This document shows positions 24,443-36,350 of a DNA stretch of 64,000 bases, piece by piece (the stretch's first letter is position 1; every line of letters starts with the position of its first letter). The notes beneath the pieces were generated by a model, which was not told the origin of the DNA, made no database searches, and worked only from the letters and a program-made list of their open reading frames with translations. Position numbers and translations under genes: made by a program. Source of the DNA: an uncultured Gammaproteobacteria bacterium (GTDB lineage: Bacteria > Pseudomonadota > Gammaproteobacteria > CAWCPV01). The stretch spans positions 288,001 through 352,000 of the forward strand of contig CAWCPV010000004.1 of assembly GCA_963797555.1 (NCBI GenBank), read 5' to 3'.

Positions 24443-24617
24443 GGGGAGGAGTTGCCAGGTTGGCTGCTGGACCGGGTCGCCGCAGACCGGCACCGGCGAC
24501 AAGGGCCACCGGCCCGCTAACTTGGCGATTTGCACCAGGCAGGGCGTAGCTATTATACTTTACAGTTTGTCGCTCGTCCCAGCGGCTCGCCAATGACGCC
24601 ACGTCGAAAGGAGAACT

Positions 24618-24833
24618 ATGCCCTCTGTTAAGGTGAGAGACAACGAGCCCTTCGATATCGCCTTGCGGCGCTTCAAACGCGCCTGCGAAAAGGCCGGAGT
24701 GCTCACGGAAGTGCGTCGTCGCGAGTATTACGAGAAGCCGTCAGAGGAACGTAAGCGCAAGTCCGCTGCAGCGGTCAAACGCCACCTGAAGAAACTCTCC
24801 CGGGAGACAGTGCGTCGGCCCCGCCAGCACTGA
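24618..24833 (+). CDS. rpsU: 30S ribosomal protein S21
   Basis: [31 protein letters not shown]. Confidence 0.98.
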   Translation: MPSVKVRDNEPFDIALRRFKRACEKAGVLTEVRRREYYEKPSEERKRKSAAAVKRHLKKLSRETVRRPRQH

Positions 24834-24839
24834 TGTCGC

Positions 24840-25295
24840 ATGGAACCTCTGAGGAGGCGCATCCAGGAGGACATGAAGGCGGCCTTACGTGCCCGTGACA
24901 AGCGTCGTCTGGGCATAGTGCGCCTCATCTTGGCGGCTATCCAGCAGCGCGAGGTGGACGAGCGTATCGAGCTGGACGAAACTCAGGCGCTTGCAGTGCT
25001 GGAGCGCATGATCAAGCAGCGCCGGGACTCTCTCGCGCAGTTCCAGGCGGGTGGACGGCAAGATCTGGCGGATCAGGAGGGCTACGAGATCGAAGTCATC
25101 CAGTCCTACCTCCCGCCACTCCTCTCCGCGACAGAGCTGAATACGCTAGTCGACGAGGTCGTTCGTGAGATGGGCGCCCGCTCGCCCCAGGATATGGGCA
25201 AGGTGATGGGAGCGCTGAGACCTCGCATCCAGGGACGCGCGGACATGCGCCAAGCCAGCGATCTCGTGAGAGACCGGCTGCAGGGGCCGTACTGA
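24840..25295 (+). CDS. yqeY: GatB/YqeY domain protein
   Basis: DMKAAL, KQRRDS..QF, DMGKVMG. Conserved position after rpsU. Confidence 0.93.
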   Translation: MEPLRRRIQEDMKAALRARDKRRLGIVRLILAAIQQREVDERIELDETQALAVLERMIKQRRDSLAQFQAGGRQDLADQEGYEIEVIQSYLPPLLSATELNTLVDEVVREMGARSPQDMGKVMGALRPRIQGRADMRQASDLVRDRLQGPY

Positions 25296-25366
25296 GGGTG
25301 TCCGCACCGACCGGCGGCGGGGCGTCCGGGAGCGCAGGCGCGCGTTAGCCGCCACGCCATCGGCCC

Positions 25367-27169
25367 ATGGCTCTGGCGGCCGCTCACGCTGCGCCGACCG
25401 CGCGGTCAGCTCCAAGTTTGCACACCAGAATCCCCCAACAGTTCATCGACGAACTGATGGCCCGCGTCGACGTGGTCGAGGTCATCGAGCGGCGCGTGCC
25501 CTTGCGCAAGGCCGGCCGTAACTACCTGGCCTGCTGCCCCTTCCATCACGAGAAAACCCCCTCCTTTACGGTGAGCCCCGAGAAGCAGTTCTACCACTGT
25601 TTCGGCTGCGGTGCTCACGGAACCGCAGTGGGGTTTCTCATGGCCTATGACCACATGGGCTTCGTCGAGGCCATAGAGGATCTGGCCCGGCAGGCGGGCA
25701 TGCAGATCCCCCAGGAGGCCCCGCTCGATACAGACAGCGGTGCAGAGACCCTGTACCCGCTTCTCGCCCGTGCTGCGGACTTCTATCAGACTCAGCTGCA
25801 GCAGTCGCGTGGTGCCCAGGAGTACGTGGCGTCCCGCGGGCTGGGCAGTGCCGTGGTCGCCGAGTTCGCCATCGGCTACGCCCCGCCCGGTTGGGACGCA
25901 CTAACCAAGGCACTCGGCCAGAGCGCCGCAATCCGAGCCCAGATGGCGCAGGCCGGTCTCTTGGTGGCGAAAGCGGACGGCGGCTACTACGACCGCTTCC
26001 GCGACCGGCTGATGTTCCCTATCCATGGCTCGCGCGAGCGCGTGATCGGCTTCGGAGGGCGCGTAATCGGAGAAGGCACGCCGAAATACCTCAACTCTCC
26101 CGAGACGCCCATCTTCCACAAGGGCCGCTCCCTCTATGGCGTGCACCAACTGCGTAAAGCCCACGCGAGGCCGGAACGGGTTCTGGTAGTGGAAGGCTAC
26201 ATGGACGTGGTCGGGCTGGTCCAGCACGGCATCGGATACGCCGTCGCCACACTGGGAACGAGCACTACCCCAGACCACATCAAGCACCTGCTGCGCCTCG
26301 CGCCAGAGGTCGTGTTCTGCTTCGACGGCGACGCGGCGGGCCGACAGGCGGCCTGGCGTGCGCTGGAGAGCGCGCTGCCCCTGGTGCGGGAGGGGCACCA
26401 CCTGCGGTTTCTGTTCCTTCCGGAAGGGGAGGACCCCGACAGCTTGGTGCGCGCCGAGGGCCGAGCCAGTTTCGAGGCCCGTCTCGCGACTGCGGTCCCG
26501 CTGTCCGCCCTGTTCTTCGACACCTTGGCGGCGCAGGCCGACACCAGCAGCCTAGATGGCAAAGCCCGTCTGGCGGAACTCGCGAGACCCTTGCTGTCTA
26601 AGCTTCCTGCGGGAATATTCCGCCAGATGATGGTGCACCGCTTGGCGGACATTACGGGCGCGGGCGCCTCGGCGTTGAATCGCTTTCTGGGAAGCGCGTC
26701 GCCGCAGCCGATTCGCCCGCCTCCGGCAGACCAGCCGCCTCACGTATCCCCGGTACGCCTAGCGATAGCGCTGCTGCTGCACCGCCCGGCGCTCGCCGAA
26801 GGCTTGGACCCCGGTGACTTGCGGGACATCGACTTACCCGGCATAGCTTTGCTAGTAGAGATGCTTGATTTGCTGAGGCAAAACCCCCAACTCAGCCCCG
26901 GGGCGCTGCTCGAGCGCTGGCGTGACCGTCCCGAGGGCCGGCACTTGGAGAAGCTGGCGCAGTGGCCCCTGATAGTCCCCGATGACGGCATGGAAGCCGA
27001 GTTCGACGGTGCAATTCGCCGCCTCCGCGCCAGGCGCTCCGAAAAGCGCACCGATGAATTGCTCGGGAAGGCCGGACGCACGGAGCTGACCGCCGCCGAA
27101 AAGCGCGAACTGCGCGGCCTCCTTGATGCCGGCCGGCGGGGGTCACAACACAACGCCGGTCCCGAGTGA
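25367..27169 (+). CDS. dnaG: DNA primase (true start may be TTG 25418)
   Basis: [11 protein letters not shown]...[43 protein letters not shown]. Confidence 0.98.
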   Translation: MALAAAHAAPTARSAPSLHTRIPQQFIDELMARVDVVEVIERRVPLRKAGRNYLACCPFHHEKTPSFTVSPEKQFYHCFGCGAHGTAVGFLMAYDHMGFVEAIEDLARQAGMQIPQEAPLDTDSGAETLYPLLARAADFYQTQLQQSRGAQEYVASRGLGSAVVAEFAIGYAPPGWDALTKALGQSAAIRAQMAQAGLLVAKADGGYYDRFRDRLMFPIHGSRERVIGFGGRVIGEGTPKYLNSPETPIFHKGRSLYGVHQLRKAHARPERVLVVEGYMDVVGLVQHGIGYAVATLGTSTTPDHIKHLLRLAPEVVFCFDGDAAGRQAAWRALESALPLVREGHHLRFLFLPEGEDPDSLVRAEGRASFEARLATAVPLSALFFDTLAAQADTSSLDGKARLAELARPLLSKLPAGIFRQMMVHRLADITGAGASALNRFLGSASPQPIRPPPADQPPHVSPVRLAIALLLHRPALAEGLDPGDLRDIDLPGIALLVEMLDLLRQNPQLSPGALLERWRDRPEGRHLEKLAQWPLIVPDDGMEAEFDGAIRRLRARRSEKRTDELLGKAGRTELTAAEKRELRGLLDAGRRGSQHNAGPE

Positions 27170-27249
27170 GCTGGCAAAGTCCGGGGTTTTGTCCTAAACC
27201 TTATACGTCACGCCTATCCCAGCGACCGTCAACAGAGCTAGTGCGCCAT

Positions 27250-29065
27250 ATGGACCAGGAGTCACAACTGAAGCTGCTGATCGCCAAGGGCAAGGAGCAG
27301 GGTTTCCTGACTTACAGCGAAGTCAACGACCATTTGCCCGACGACATCGTCGATCCCGAGCAGATCGAAGACATCATCTGCATGATCAGCGATATGGGCA
27401 TCCCGGTGCACGAGGAGGCGCCGGACCTGGACACCCTGCTGATGTCCGAAACCATCGCAGATGATGAGATGGCGGAGGAAGCGGCTGCTGCACTGGCCAT
27501 CGTCGACAGCGAGTTTGGTCGCACCACGGACCCCGTGCGCATGTACATGCGGGAGATGGGCGCGGTGGAGCTTCTCACCCGCGAGGGTGAGATCGAGATC
27601 GCAAAGCGCATCGAGGAAGGACAGGTCCAGATGCTCTCGGCGCTGGCTACCTATCCGGAGACCATCGCCGCGCTGCTGCACGAGTACGAGCGCGTGGAGG
27701 CCGGTGAGCTGAACCTCGCAGACCTCATCACGGGATACAGCGAGCCCGCCGGTCTGGACGAGGAAGCAGCGAGCGAGGAGTCCGAGGATCTGGAAACCGA
27801 TGTAGAGGGCGATGACGCGGAAGACGACGCAGACGACGCGGTGGAGGCGGGTCTGGACATCGAGGCGGCGCGCGCCCGCTTCACGGCGCTGCGTGAGCTG
27901 TACGAGAAGTGCCGCGGCGTCACGGCCGAGTATGGACGCGATCACCAAGAAAGCCGCCAAATTCGCCAGGCTCTCGCAGAGTGCTTTCTTGGGTTCAAGC
28001 TGCTCCAGAAGGTCGTCGACCGCATCGTCAACAAGCTGCGCGCCACGGTGGAACGGATTCGTAGGGAGGAGCGCAACATCATGGAGATCTGCGTCAAGAA
28101 AGCGCAGATGCCACGCGGGGAGTTCATCGCGTTATTCCCCAGTCATGAGACCGATCCGGACTGGATCCGGCACTGCATCCGCGCGGGTGGACCCCACGCC
28201 GGCGCTTTGGAGCGGGAGTCGGAGAGTATCCGGCAGGCGCAACAGATCCTGCGGGCCATCGAGCGGCAAACCGGCCTATCCATCGGTCAGACCAAGGAGA
28301 TCAACCGCCAGATCTCGATTGGAGAGGCAAAGGCACGGCGGGCCAAGAAGGAGATGGTGGAGGCCAACCTGCGTCTGGTGATCTCCATCGCCAAGAAGTA
28401 CACCAACCGCGGCCTACAGTTCCTGGACCTCATCCAGGAGGGGAACATCGGCCTCATGAAGGCGGTGGACAAGTTCGAATACCGGCGCGGCTACAAGTTT
28501 TCGACCTACGCGACGTGGTGGATCCGGCAGGCCATCACCCGCTCCATTGCCGACCAGGCCCGCACCATCCGCATCCCAGTGCACATGATCGAGACCATCA
28601 ACAAGCTGAACCGGGTGGCCCGGGCGATGCTCCAGGAGATGGGGCGTGAGCCGACGCCCGAGGAACTGGCGGTGCGCGTCGAGATGAGCGAGGACAAGGT
28701 GCGCAAAGTCTTGAAGATCGCGAAGGAGCCCATCTCGATGGAGACACCCATCGGCGACGATGAGGATTCTCACTTGGGCGACTTCATCGAGGACTCCAGC
28801 GCGGCCTCGCCGGTGGACGTGGCCGTCTTCGAAGGCCTTCGCGAGGCCACGCATGAGGTACTGGCCGAGCTCAGCCCGCGAGAAGCCAAGGTGCTGCGCA
28901 TGCGCTTCGGGATCGACATGAACACCGACCACACTCTCGAGGAGGTCGGCAAACAGTTCGAACGTCACCCGCGAGCGTATCCGCCAGATCGAGGCCAAGG
29001 CTCTGCGGAAGCTTCGCCACCCCTCCCGCTCCGAGCAGTTGCGCAGCTTTCTCGACATGGAGTGA
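27250..29065 (+). CDS. rpoD: Primary sigma factor RpoD; +1 indel near 28961, almost certainly an assembly error
   Basis: [34 protein letters not shown]. Removing one A restores [25 protein letters not shown]. Confidence 0.97.
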
Positions 29066-29313
29066 GGGTCGGACCCCCTGCCAAGACCGCGGGCTAGCAC
29101 TCGCGGTTCGTATTTCGCGTGGGCCCGGTGCGCGACACGGGCTTGGGACCGGGGAGGGCTGCCTAAGGCTGCAGCGGATAACGAGGGAGGTCCGGCGGCC
29201 CTTTCCCCGCCGGCGACCGAGGCCTCTGCATCCCAAGCGCACGGCGACATCGAGCGAGGAGGCGGCGTAACTCTACGGTGGCCGCTCCGCCATGCAAGCG
29301 ATGGCACCGCACA

Positions 29314-29390
29314 GGGCCTGTAGCTCAGCCGGTCAGAGCGGGGGACTCATAATCCCTTGGTCGCAGGTTCGAATCCTGCCAGGCCCACCA
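29314..29390 (+). tRNA. ileX: tRNA-Ile2 (CAT anticodon, lysidine type)
   Basis: Cloverleaf GGGCCTG/CAGGCCC, anticodon loop CTCATAA, TTCGAAT T-loop, encoded CCA. Position after rpoD is typical of Ile2. Confidence 0.9.
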
Positions 29391-29559
29391 ACTCCCACAA
29401 GGCTTTCAACGTTGTCCGCTTCGGTCTCGAAAGGCTCTTGGGACACTGGTGGGACATTTGCTCTCACGGGACACCCAGACAGCGCGTCGTTCACCCGGCG
29501 CAGGGCCTCGGTCAAAAAGTTCTCTAACAGCCCCGAGTATAGGATCTCTTATATCTACA

Positions 29560-29643
29560 ACCGGTAAGATCGGTAATAAGAAGCCCTGTGCCAGTAGGGC
29601 TAGCTGCATTACCGGTTTGAAAGGGGACCGGTAAGATCGGTAA
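29560..29643 (+). repeat. 17-bp direct repeats ACCGGTAAGATCGGTAA x2 plus inverted TTACCGGT
   Basis: Copies at 29560-29576 and 29627-29643; inverted core at 29609-29616. Confidence 0.85.
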
Positions 29644-29646
29644 GGT

Positions 29647-29880
29647 TCACTGCCCGAACAGCGCCTCGTTCATCCGGCCGAGCGCTTCCGCCTTGTGCTG
29701 GTCCGACAGGTGGGCGTAGCGCTTCACCATCTGGAGGGTCTGGTGGCCCAGCACGTCGGCGATGGTCAGCATGTCCGCGCCGCTCATGGCGAGGTAGCCC
29801 GCGGCGGTGTGGCGCAGGTCGTGGAAGCGGAAGTCCCGAATGTCCGCTCGTTTGAGCGCAGTCTCCCAGGGTGTGCGCAG
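29647..29880 (-). pseudogene. Tyrosine recombinase/integrase C-terminal fragment
   Basis: FRFHDLRHT, LGHQT..M..RYAHL (H-R-H-Y catalytic residues). N-terminus is missing. Confidence 0.9.
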
Positions 29881-30170
29881 GTCGTCGTGGAATATGAAGT
29901 GCTGGTGGAAGAACCACACCGCACCGAGCAGCGAGTGCATGCACGCCTCGCCAACGTTCGAGAGCGGAAGGAATGGTTTCGTTGTTCCCCGGAACAGGCC
30001 CTTGAGATACAGAGCACGGTTGGCGGTTTAGCCATCTTCGGGGACTATAACGGGCGAATCGTCAGAAAGGTCGAGGAGCTCCGTAGACAGCAAGAAACGG
30101 AGATTCACCGCCAGCATCAGCGGCAAGAACAAGAGAAGAGAGAACCCTATCGTTGCAAAACCTTTCTGAT
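29881..30170 (+). pseudogene. T5orf172/GIY-YIG-like domain fragment
   Basis: VVEYEVLVEEPHRTEQRVHARLANVRERKEWFRC matches the E..vH..L......EWF motif. Confidence 0.7.
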
Positions 30171-30415
30171 CATGCCGCTTTCTGCAGGGCCTGCAGATAA
30201 TGCAACAGGTCGTGCTGGACGGCTGAATTGGCGCTCATCGACAGGGTCAATCGACCTTGTGGACGGATCAGGCGACCGGCGCGCTGGATGAGCCGGCAGC
30301 GCAGCGTATTGAGACGGGCGAAGTCCCACAATGCGGGCCGTTTCTGCGAGACACGGCGGGGTAGTGGACGCGCTATCATCTGAAGCTCCCGGCTGAGGTT
30401 GTGGGCGAGCAGTGT
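30170..30415 (-). pseudogene. IS1380-like transposase C-terminal fragment
   Basis: LAHNLSRELQM...TLRCRLIQRAGRLIRPQGRLTL. Confidence 0.7.
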
Positions 30416-30538
30416 CGAGAGGCGTTGTCGATCAAATAAATTTATGGGCGCATTAAATGTACTATGGGCCTGGCCCCAGGAGGGGTTTCCCCGGTTTTCC
30501 CCCTATTTGGCGCGTTTGGGCAGACCGAGCCTGTTCAT

Positions 30539-32054
30539 GGCTCTTTCGGTAATTGTGTGGATCGTGGTGGTCGAGTAGCATCCGTTCTGAGCAATCGTCT
30601 ATCACAACATCTTGTGGTTGGGCCTGTGGGGTTGTGGGCGAGAGGCCCGCGAGTGTGGGCAACCGGGAGGTTGTCCACACGGTCCTTGGGACGCGGGCCG
30701 CTCCGCAGGACTCGTCCACAAATCCACAGGCCATCAAGGGGGGAGCGCCATGGAGCCAACGCATCTATTCACGACGGCACTGGGTCTCACGGCGCCTTGG
30801 GAAGTCACCGGCGTACGCTTTGACCCCGAGGCTGGGCGCATCGACCTCGAGGTGGCCTTTGCCAAGGGGAGCCGCTTCGCCTGCCCGGCGTGCGGAGCGC
30901 CAGGCCAGCCGGTGCATGATACCCGCAAGCGCAGCTGGCAGCACCTGAGCTTCTTTAAGTCACGGGCAGACCTGCACGCGCATCTGCCGCGAGTGCGCTG
31001 TGAGAGCTGCGGCAAGACGACTCAGGTCGAGCCGCCGTGGGCGCGCGCACAGAGTGGCTTCACGGCGCTGATGGAGGCACTGGTGGTGACGCTGTGCCAG
31101 GCGATGCCGGTGGCGACCGTCGCCCGGCACCTGGGCGTGGGCGATGAGCGCCTGTGGGGGGTGCTCGAGCACTACGTGGAGGCGGCCCGCGCCCAGGAGG
31201 ACCACTCCCCGGTGCGCGCCGTGGGCCTGGACGAGACCGCCGCCCGGCGTGGGCAGCACTACATCAGCCTGTTCCATGACCTCACGGGCAAACGCCTGCT
31301 GTTCGCCTGCGAGGGCCGCGACCAGAGCACCGTGGCGGCCTTTGCCGCCGACCTCCAGGCGCACGGGGGCGACCCGCAGGCCATCGAGCAGGTGTGCATC
31401 GACCTGTCCGCCGCTTATCTCGCCGGGGTGACCAAGCATCTGCCTAAAGCCACGGTGAGCTTCGATGCCTTCCATGTCATCCAGCTCGCCAACCAGGCCG
31501 TCGATACAGTGCGCCGCGAGGAGGTCAAGACCGAGCCCGCCCTCAGAGGCACCCGCTGGACCTGGCTCAAAGACGCCCACGACTGGACCTGGGAGCAGCT
31601 CACCGACTTTCACTGGCTCTCCCGCGCCCGGCTCAAGACCGCCCGTGCCTGGCGCCTCAAGGAGGCGCTGCGCGATATCTACGCCACGGCCAGCACCCTC
31701 GAGCAGGCCGAGACCGCGCTCACGCGCTGGTATAGCTGGGCACGGCGTAGCCGCCTGCAACCCATGAAGCACCTCGCTGCCACTCTGAAAGACCACTGGG
31801 ACGGTGTGCTCGCCGCGTTCGACTCCGGCCTCACCAACGGCCGCGCCGAGGGCATCAACTCCCTCATCCAGGCCGCCAAAGCCCGCGCCCGGGGCTACCG
31901 CACCACGCACTCGCTCATCACCATCGCCTACCTCATCGCGGGCAACCTGGCCCACTTGCCGGCCTCGCCGTTCAACACACGATCTTGTGTCAGACCTCAG
32001 GCAGAGGCTGCCGCAGCGTAAGGCATATCTACCCACACGATTCCGGTAAGAACC
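30539..32054 (+). mobile_element. Complete ISL3 element (transposase 30750-32021), near-identical to 5006-6519; no TSD
   Basis: Same IRs as the first copy. Flanks CTGTTCAT and ACAAAAAG differ. Confidence 0.95.
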
Positions 32055-32167
32055 ACAAAAAGGCGCCAACGACAAGAAGCGGCGCGCGGACCGCCACGCA
32101 GCGTTATTGGCAATTATGCGACCGTCTTTCCACGCGGCTGCGGAGCAGCAATGAGAAACTGCAGACT

Positions 32168-32310
32168 GGGGTCAGCCTTCTAGTAGCTTCGCCTGCGGAC
32201 GATCCGGTCGACCGTAACCGGGTGGACCTCGAAGTGCTGGGCGATCTCACGATAGCTGAAGGCGCCTGTGGCGAGACTGCCACCATCCCCTCGTCCCGCC
32301 CCGGGACTTC
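32168..32310 (-). pseudogene. C-terminal HTH remnant resembling RAYT/Y1 transposases, followed by CTGACCCC
   Basis: ATGAFSYREIAQHFEVHPVTVDRIVRR then stop; GGGGTCAG at 32168-32175 on the + strand. Confidence 0.55.
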
Positions 32311-32422
32311 GCGGTCCAACACGCAGATGAGCGCGTGAAATACGAGGAACTGGATCGTTATGGCGATGAGCGAGAGCGATCGAACGCCTCCGTGTGCCCC
32401 GGGGCAGCACGCGTCTTCGTGG

Positions 32423-34095
32423 CTATTGATCGTCAGCGATGACGACCTGGTACGAGTATCCCTGTTCCGTCAGGAAGAGCTTGCGGTGGTGGGCAAACTC
32501 CTCTTCGCGCGTGTCACGCGAGACGAGGGTGAAGAAGTGCGCCGCGCGGCCGTCGCCCTTGGGCCGCAGGATGCGACCGAGCCGCTGGGCCTCTTCCTGG
32601 CGTGAACCGAACATGCCCGACACCTGGATGAGCAGGTCGGCGTCTGGGAGGTCGATCGCGAAGTTCCCCACCTTGGAGAGCACGATGCAGCGCAACTCGT
32701 TACGGCGGAATCGATCGATAGATCTGCTCGCGTTCGGCCTGCGGTGTCTTACCCGTGACCAGTGGCGCGTCGAGCTCCTTCGCGATGGCCTCGACCTGGG
32801 CGAGGTACTCGCCGATGATGAGCACCCGACCGTTAGTGTGCTGCTCCAGCAGTCGACGGAGTCGAGACCTCTTGGCCGGGTTCTCCGCGGCGATCCGGAA
32901 CTGCGAGCGTCTGTCCGCGAGGGCGTACTCCATCCGGCGCTCCGCACTCATGGCCACACGCTCCTCGACGCAGGTCGCGCTCGCAATCCAGGCCTGATGT
33001 TCGAGGTCCTTCCAGGGCACGTCGAATCGCTTGGGTCCGATTAGGGCGAATACATCTGCCTCGCGGCCATCTTCTCTCACCAGCGTGGCCGTCAGCCCCA
33101 GCCGCCGGCGCGCTTGCAGGTCGGCCGTGGCGCGGAACACCGGAGCCGGCAGCAAGTGGACCTCATCGTAGACGATGAGTCCCCAGGAGCGTGCTCGGAA
33201 CAGCTCGAGGTGAGGGAACTCACCCTCGCGATGCGCGCGCCAGGTCAGGATCTGGTAGGTGGTCAGCGTCACCGGCCCGGTGTTCTTCTGCTCCCCCGTG
33301 TACTCGGCGATCTCGTCCGGCCGCAGCGTGGTCTTGTCGCAGATCTCACGCCGCCACTGCTTGACCGAGGTCAGGCTGGTAGTGAGCACGAGCGTCGTCT
33401 GACCGACCATCTCCATGGCGGCGAGGCCGACGATCGTCTTGCCCGCCCCACAAGGGAGCACGACCACGCCGCTGCCGCCCCGCTCGGAGCCCGCCACGAA
33501 GAACGACTCGGCCGCCTGTCGCTGGTACTCGCGCACCACGAACGGCGTGCCGGACGCCATGCGCTCCCGGAAAAGCTATCGTGAGCCGGTCTCCGCTCAC
33601 GTATCCGGCCAGATCGTCGGCGGGGTATCCAGCCGCAACCAATGCCTGCTTGAGCAAACCTCGCTGTCCTGGATCGACGTGGAAGCTCGTCGCATCGGCG
33701 CGGTTCACGAGGTACGGTCCAGCCGCTCGATCGCGGTGCAAAAGCTCGGCTGTCGCCTCGTCTGCGCAGGCGCAGCGCAGAAGATCGCCATCGCGGGTGA
33801 TGACCACGCGGCCATAGCGCGCGGCCAGGTCGACGACCTCCTGCTCGACGCTGGCGGGCACCGGGTATCGCGCGTGCTCCTTCAGGGCTGCCACCACCTT
33901 CTCGGCAGGCAGGCCTGCTGCCCGGGCGTTCCAGATGGACAGCGGTGTGAGACGATAGGTGTGGACGTGCTCGGGGCTCTTCACGAGCTCCGCGAACGGA
34001 GCGAGCGCCGCCCTGGCCTCCTCGGCCCGCGGCGCGTGGACCTCCAAGAGGACGCTGCAGTCGCTCTGGACGATCAGGGCGTTGTCGGAGGACAC
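32423..34095 (-). CDS. Bacterial XPB/Rad25/Ssl2-family DNA helicase (frameshifts near 33570 and 32715)
   Basis: LIVQSD..VLLEV, FAELVKSPEHVHTYRLTPLSIWNA, VLPCGAGKT, IVYDEVH, GLTAT, QRLGRILRPK. Confidence 0.92.
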
Positions 34096-34105
34096 GGCCG
34101 TTCGG

Positions 34106-36016
34106 TCAGGCCTCGGCTGGCTGAGACGTCACTTCCCCGGATGAGGCCACGCGCCGGTTTCTCGTCGGCCGGGCCTCGCCCATGGCCAAGAGGTAACCGA
34201 GCTCCCGCAGGGCGCGCTTGAACGCCGCCTCCGAGGACGCCGGCACTACCAGGTGCCGTTCCCCGGCTCGCATGCAGTGCTTGCGCGTCCGCGAGTCGTT
34301 GGCGATGAGCGCGGCGAGCGCGGGATCGGCGCATTCGATCAAGCGAGCGAGGCCGCGGGTCCTGGACCTTCGCGCTTCGATCCGAAACGTCCTCGATCAA
34401 GCGGGCGACCGTATGGGGGATCGGGGCACCGCTCCGCGCCGCGAGGAACTCCCGGATCTCGGTCACCGGGCGGCCCTCTTCGATCGCCGCGAGCAGCTTG
34501 CCGGCGTCGAGCCGCCAGACGAGGTCCGAGACCTTGGTCGCGTAGGCGTCCAGGGCGAGCCGATCGCCCGGCTCCAACTCCGCGCCGATGGCTGCGATTT
34601 CCAGATTGGGCAGCACTCGCAGCACAGGCTTCACCTCGACCGGCGCCGGCTCGTATCCCGACTCGGCGCCGAGGCAGTGAGCGCCGAGAGGCGTGACGCG
34701 GAAGTACATCAGTCCGTCGTAGCGGCTGAAGTACACCAGTTCGTCCGTGCCCCAGAGGCCGCCGTAGTTGTAGCGCGCTCCAGCGGGAGGAATGAGCGCG
34801 ACATCGACGAGCCCGAGGCTCGCGGTATATTCGAGCAAGAGGCACAAGAGGTAGCGTTCATCGAGGATATATTTGCCATTCTCGTACCCGAGGGAGCCGT
34901 ACTGCAGCTCGCCGATGTAAAGATTCCAGGCGTTGCGGGTCACCGAGAAGTCGTTGCCCGAGGCGCGCAGGAAGCGCAAGAACTCGTCGGTGGAGATCCA
35001 GGCGCGGACTGGACATTCGGCCAAGGCGTCGGCCACTACAGCCCGCCGTGACGAGAGCGCAGTGAGCCCTTGCTTGCCCTTTCCGGTCTGACCCTTGACG
35101 CAGTCGATGCGCGAAAGCTCATCGAGGAGGGTCGTGTTCACCCACTTCGTCCAGACCGTTCGGAGAGTCTCGGCAGCCGGTTCGGAAAGCGCCTTTCGTC
35201 CCGCCTTGGTGAGTTGCAGCTTCGACCCCGAGAGCTGGGCAAGCCCGCCCGCCTGGACAAGGAGGGGCCAGGCGAAGGCGCGAATCGGTCCCGCATTCTC
35301 GTCGTGGCCACTTGTTCGTGACCGGGAGGCGCGGGTAGTAGTCGCCGCCTTCGAGGATGTTGGTGAGCGCATCGATGGTCGCGGACGAGGCACGCCGCGT
35401 CTTGTCGCTCACCGCGACCTTGCCGGCATCGACCAATCGCAAGATGGAGAGCAGCTCCCGCTGGGCGGTGCGCTCGGTTTCGCGCACCGTGAGAGTCACG
35501 TGCTCGGTGCCCTTCTCCTGGGTCTTTGTCTCCGAATTCCAGCGCGTGTACGGCAGACCGTAGGCAGCCGGAAGCTCTGCGAGGGTCTCGATCTTCGCCT
35601 CGACCGGCTGCGGCACGAACGCCTTGAGCCGCTCCTTGATGTCCGTCGGCATCACGCCGTTGCCGTAGAAGAAGAAGCCCAGCGCCGAGGGGCGGCGGTG
35701 GTGCCCGTACTTGTCGGTCGTTCCCCAGTCCGGATCTCGCCCGTACTTGGCGCGAAACCGAGCGGCGAGGAACTGGGTCGAGTTCGAACGGACGACCTCC
35801 GCCACTGCCGCCCGCTGTAGCTCGTCCAGGCCTTGCCAATCCGCCTCGCCGCTCTCCCTCGAGATGCCGCACGATCACGGCGACGAGGTCGGCTTTCCGC
35901 GTGGGCGGCTTCTCCTCGGTCAGCGCTACCAGCTTCTTGAGGTCGTCCGAGTTCATGACCTCGTTCAGGGCAATTTCGAGGGTGGGGATTCCGCCGTCGG
36001 CCTGGTATCGCTTCAT
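34106..36016 (-). CDS. XPB-associated Helicase_C_3-type protein (about 3 frameshifts)
   Basis: C-terminal YFRVTPLG, RVLPNLEI, WRLDAGKLLAAIEEG...IREFLAARSGAPIPHTV, EAAFKRALRELGYL. Confidence 0.75.
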
Positions 36017-36350
36017 GCTGTCTCCGTGGTCTGCGCGGAGCGCTGCTGCTTGGCAGCGCGGCGGGCTTCCTTCTTCCGTTGCTCGTGGCGAGCGCGCTCC
36101 TCGATGGACATCACGGTGTCAGGGGCGGTCTTGCCGAATCGCTTACGGTAGAGCTCCTCGATGAACTGCGGCAGGGGCAGCTTCCATGGCTCCTGCTTGT
36201 GGTTGTCGAGCTTGCCGAGCTTTGCCGGGTTCATCCCGACTCCCGCGCCATCTGGACCTGGGCGTGGGACAGGTGGTGGCGCTTGCGCACGTCGATCCAC
36301 GCCTGCAGCTTCTGGTTCGGCTTCTTGGCCTTGCTGGCCATCGCAGTCAT
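36013..36350 (-). CDS. Small conserved-type hypothetical protein (frameshift near 36240)
   Basis: WIDVRKRHHLSHAQVQMARE|GMNPAKLGKLDNHKQEPWKLPLPQFIEELY. ATGA overlaps at both ends. Confidence 0.75.

Noticed and set aside
28950-29097. rpoD pseudogene or novel C-terminus
   Set aside because: One extra A breaks region 4.2 of an essential gene and the canonical sequence continues in the next frame, so this is a sequencing error.
29314-29390. tRNA-fMet or tRNA-Met
   Set aside because: The paired G1-C72 excludes the initiator tRNA. Position after rpoD favours Ile2, though elongator Met is not strictly excluded.
32060-32115. attC site (GCCAAC...TTGGC)
   Set aside because: No convincing L boxes or GTTRRRY.
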